Under the pieces are notes generated by a model, which saw only the letters and a list, made by a program, of their open reading frames with translations, was not told the DNA's origin and did no database searches. A stretch of DNA of 64,000 bases, taken from assembly GCA_964035545.1 (NCBI GenBank), contig OZ037766.1, forward strand, positions 17,137,081 to 17,201,080. Reading direction: 5' to 3'. This DNA is from Bugula neritina. Its lineage: Eukaryota; Animalia; Bryozoa. Made by a program: the position numbers and the translations under genes. Shown here piece after piece: positions 59,508 to 64,000 of the stretch (its first letter is position 1; each line of letters starts with the position of its first letter).

Positions 59508-62500
59508 TCAGTAATAACGATCTCTTCGAGACGGCTCTGGATAGTAGCCACCCCGATCCATACCCCGTTCACTGCCACCTCTATCTCTATCCCGGCTACG
59601 CTCCCTATAATCTCTTCTGTCCCGATCTCGACTCCGAGATCTATCTCTGCGTCTATCCCTGTCTCTATCTCGAGATCTCGACCTCCGTCTTTCTCGGCTA
59701 AAACAACACATTTACTATATTGATACCGCAAGTACATGCATAATATTAATAACACAAGCCAACAGTAGTGGAGAGAAGCAGACATCACTGGGGAGAAGTA
59801 GACAAAACTGAAGGGGAGTCAACAGCACTGAAGGGCAACAGCAGCATCAATCAGCAGAACAGCAAACATGGAAGAGTGAAAGAGAAAGGCACAGAACTAC
59901 TATGCAATACCTTTCAGGTGAGTATGACCTTCTGTCTCTGCCTGTCATGTATCGACTAGAAAGAAAAGCGCCAACTGGTTACAACGACCACCACAGAAGA
60001 TGTAGAGCAGAGGTTAGTACACCTCCTGCACATTGCATACTGCATTTACTATACGAAGATATGAGGGGGTTGTCAACACTTACCTGCCATATGACTTATC
60101 CTCTATTCCTGCCTTGGTATCTTGTAGCGATGCTATTAAGATTTTACACCTGTCGTCGTGTGCGATCTTGGACTGTTTGATAAGTGATATGGCAGTTACC
60201 AAGGTCTCAATGGCACTGGCAAAGTCTCCTGCAGTATAATGACTAGTGTGAGTAAACAATGCAGTTATTCGGTGAATACTTAGTTCTGTGAACTAGACTG
60301 CTCAACATAATTCCAAGCTGAGAGTATAAGCATTACGCAAGGAAGCCCACCTTGACTAGCATCCTGCACAGCCCTAGATATTGCACTGCTTGACACCGAT
60401 TTGTTTCTGGTGAGAATCTCCTGAAACTCTTCGTCTGATAAAGATGGGGTTGATGAACTGTCTTGAGAAACACTTGAAGAAGGTGCTTGCCCGGTCATAC
60501 CCGACTGCGACATCATTTGTCTAGAAAGGCATGAAGTTCACGTGAATACTTTTCAAAAAAAAAAAAAAATTACCATGATTCAATTGGCTTACTGATGCAA
60601 CTTCCCTAGGGAAAGCTGGAATGATGAGTGAAAAGGTGTTAGGTTAGTTACTGAGATTAGGGGTCATAACATTAAATTATGAATCATTTCGAAAGATCAG
60701 GCAGCAATAGCAACGAATTAGCTGCTATGACCCGCATAGTTATCACAGTGTTTCTATTACTTCACATTCTTCTAATGGATGCTTGCACAGATGCATTTAT
60801 GGTTGCGATTTGCATTAAATTATGGTTGTATTTTCATTCGATGCAACTATTTCCAACAATTGAATGAAAAATCCATTTGCATAATGCAAAGCTTAGAAAT
60901 GTAGTGTAGATGTGTTTTATTCTATGTATTAGTCTAAGGAAAGTTTTCCAACTTTAAAACATACATTTGGCAAAAATAAATACTGTATGTCTCACTATAA
61001 CTGTCTTACTCCTTGAGGGTAACGGAAAAATAGATACTGTGTGCTTAGTAAATAAGTGTATAACTCTAAAGTTTAAGCAAAAATAAATATAGAGCAGGCA
61101 TATTTGTAATACTTACCCATCTAAAGGTCTGCCATACTGATCAACAACAACTGCACTCTGTGTTGTTCGGAAAGGTTCATTATTCTAAAAATTAAATCAG
61201 AAGCATAATGATATTAAAAAAGGACACAACTAGGATGTATTATTTGAAAATTTTTGAATGGGTGCATCAGTTATAGTACAGATATCTTCACATTATATTC
61301 AGAGACTCTAGTTGACAAACATCATATGCACGCCACTTGCTAGTGAAAAACAATTTGCCGCAGTCTGGGCTTGAACGTCGGGTCACTGGGAGCATCAGCG
61401 TACAGATAACTTACCGTTACCCTAATCCCACGCGACACCGATACGAGGCTCCTAATGCTAACTTCATTTAAACGTTACACTCGAGTGAGCAATATTTGTA
61501 TTATGTTAATTACCTGACACAAATTTTGTGTGGTCTGCTCACGCGGGCAAAACTACTGCGTGTAGAACTGAAAGCAGCCTTTAACTTACTAGTAATAACT
61601 CATTCTTATGGTGCAAAACATATTGCGCAGCAAAAAAATATATATAATCATACAAACTGCAAACAGTGTTAATAAAACTTTGTAAGTTCAACAACAAAAA
61701 CACAGGCTTTAATTAGCTCTCAAATACAAAAATCATGAAAAATAAAATTCTATTATCACAAGATAAACTTAGCAACCCAATCAAATATATCAGAACATTC
61801 GCTGGTGAATGTCATTGACGGAGAAGTTCTTGGTAGCAGCAGCAGCAGCAGCAGCACAAATGGCCTAACAAAATACAAACACACTGATGTAATGAGTAAG
61901 TGAGCTAGCCATACTTGTGGGGGAGGTTGGCCACCAGGGAAGAATGCTGGATTGACATGAGCTGCTGGCTGAGATGTAGGAGGCATGCCCTGCTGCATTG
62001 CTTGCTGCTGAGGCATCATGCCAGGTGCCATTGCACCAGGGGCACCCGGCATTCCAGGAGGTGGACCAAAACTGTTGGGCGGCATAGCCATGGGTTGCTG
62101 TTGGGGTGGAAAACCTAAGGGTGGGTAAAAGAAAGTATTTTAACAGAAAACCATTTTATGTCGTATATTGCAAAAGAAAAAGTACACAGTGATTCAAAAC
62201 AACAGATACACCAGGTATTTCGGATAACAAAATTATAGGTACTCCAGCTCGAGATTTTGAACAAATTCCCTTGCTGAAGAAAAGAGGCTGTGTTTTCCAC
62301 AAATATTATCGGTTTTGAACATATTCCCATCTTATAAAAAGTTGAAAATGGTAACTTAAGTGGGTGGAAATGAAAAGTGAACCTCACCTGGCTGAGGTTG
62401 ACCAGGCATCTGTGGCATTTGTGCTGGCATCCCTTGTGGAGGGCCCCCCATCGGGGGCTGGGGACCAGGTCCCCGAGGAGGTAACTGCGGCATACCCATC

Positions 62501-63771
62501 ACAGGAGCTCCACCACCCATCACCTGATTTCTTGGACCAAGACCAAGTCCAGGAGGTGCCCCAGCAGTTGGTATCTGCAATAATAACAAATACTTATTAT
62601 AATAAAGAATAATATTAATGTAATCTAGAACTTCCGGATCATTGCTATTGTATAATTATTGAGCCAATTAATGTGCATCGCTTTACTTTGTAACATGCTA
62701 AGTGCAGTTAGGGCCGACAATGTTACCTAGTTCAATCGCCTAACCTCTAGAATCTCAACATCATGTTCTACAAGCAACATCCATATATTTCTTTGTTAAA
62801 GCTTTTTACAATTTTTTCCGAAATGAGAAAAACATTAGTGATGTAACATGCAAAATAAGCAGCAAATAATTATAGTAATGATAATGATAAGGTAATTATG
62901 AGTAAAATTACTAGAGTATAGCTGTGATTTTTAGAAAAAAAGAAGCACATTCTGACTGGCTTTAGTGGCGAAACGATATTGCATCTCATATTATATAATT
63001 ATATATATCGACCTTTATTATTAAGAAGTTGAAACACCAACAAATATCAGATTATCTTCACAAGACTGAATAAGATGGCAGATATAGCAGAACAGAGCCT
63101 CACTAGTATGAAAAGATATACAAGAGAGAATGAACTCTTTTGAACACTTACAAAAGGCCTGGAACCAGGAGGACCTTGAGGAGGTGCAGTCGGCATAGGC
63201 CCCCGCACCCCAGGAGCAGGCATTGGGCCTCGTGGGCCCATCATCATTGGTGGCCGAGGACCTCCAGGCATAGGTTGTCCTGGATAAGCCTGCCTGGGAG
63301 GCATGCGAGGAGGAAAGCGAGGTGGGGCAGGCTGCTGCTGCTGTTGATATTGCCGATCTCTTTCTTGCTCTACTTCTAAACAACAGAACTAACATTGATG
63401 CCACCTGACCAGCTACTTATCAATAGCCACTTGAGGTTTAAAATAACATGTATTTGAGCAGAATTCCGCCAACGCCATTGAGAATATCGTGTAAATCATC
63501 TTCTAAAATAGTCACTGATTATCAGCACCTCCTTTAAGACTCGTATGATAATCACAAATCTACTTTTTAGCAACGGTGGAAGTTGGTTAGACTAAAATAT
63601 GTTCAGCACAACATACCCGCTCTGTTGCCGCCACTGGCAGCATCCAACATCAGAAGGTTCTGTCTGTTGCAGTAATGAGCACTCAACGTTTGAGAATGAA
63701 TCTGTACAGTCTTTATCTTCTCCATCAGCTTATTCATTGATTCTGCAGAGGCAACAGCTACAGTGGCAAAC
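59508..63771 (-). CDS. CPSF6: Cleavage factor Im large subunit (CPSF6/7), 5'-partial (continues past window end)
   Basis: Exons 63617-63771 (RRM C-terminal half), 63152-63375, 62388-62574, 61915-62114 (Pro-rich, [10 protein letters not shown]), 61117-61184, 60351-60520 ([21 protein letters not shown]), 60084-60228 ([16 protein letters not shown]...DDRCK), 59911-59955, 59508-59697 (RS/RD); phases consistent. Confidence 0.95.
61348..61440 (-). mobile_element. Possible tRNA-derived SINE head in a CPSF6 intron
   Basis: A-box-like TAGGGTAACGG and B-box-like GTTCAAGCC at tRNA-like spacing; no cloverleaf. Confidence 0.3.
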
Positions 63772-64000
63772 CTGTCAAGAGAGTTTTCACTTGGGAGTAA
63801 ACATCACACCATAATAAAAATTTATGTCCAGTGTCACATACACACTCTTGATCATACTTAGGTCGCTAATAAAAATTACAATCAACTAGCAAACCATCTC
63901 CATTTCAATTCCAACTAGGTAAAAAACTCTCTTTGTATCTACTTGATAACTGACAGCAAATAGCCACACCTGCACACAAGAAAAGGTACAAGAAGCATAG

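Noticed and set aside
61348-61440. tRNA gene
   Set aside because: Only degenerate A/B boxes; no acceptor-stem pairing, so at best a SINE head.
62962-62995. Additional hammerhead (CTGACTGG...GAAAC)
   Set aside because: Lacks CTGANGA, a GUH triplet and stem I pairing.

Overview
AT-rich, intron-containing invertebrate animal DNA; not prokaryotic, and no CRISPR or rRNA seen. Six protein genes can be reconstructed by hand. (1) A MINPP1-type histidine acid phosphatase (+, 842-5307) that looks disrupted: a TAA-TSD MITE in exon 1, a 1-nt frameshift, and HAE changed to HSR. (2) IMP3 (-). (3) A 10-exon AKR1-type aldo-keto reductase (+). (4) HMGCL (+). (5) A class II (plant PRS3/4-like) PRPP synthetase (+) with a GC-AG intron. 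(6) The 3' part of CPSF6 (-). Introns and intergenic DNA hold MITEs, nested DNA transposons, a decayed LINE, solo LTR-like elements and minisatellites. Most unusual: (TA)n-associated perfect palindromes built from minimal type I hammerhead ribozymes (one intact and encoded on both strands, one folded back at its own stem II), and a pervasive 6-bp tandem-duplication 'stutter' clustered near gene 5' ends. All calls come from manual reading; no searches were run.
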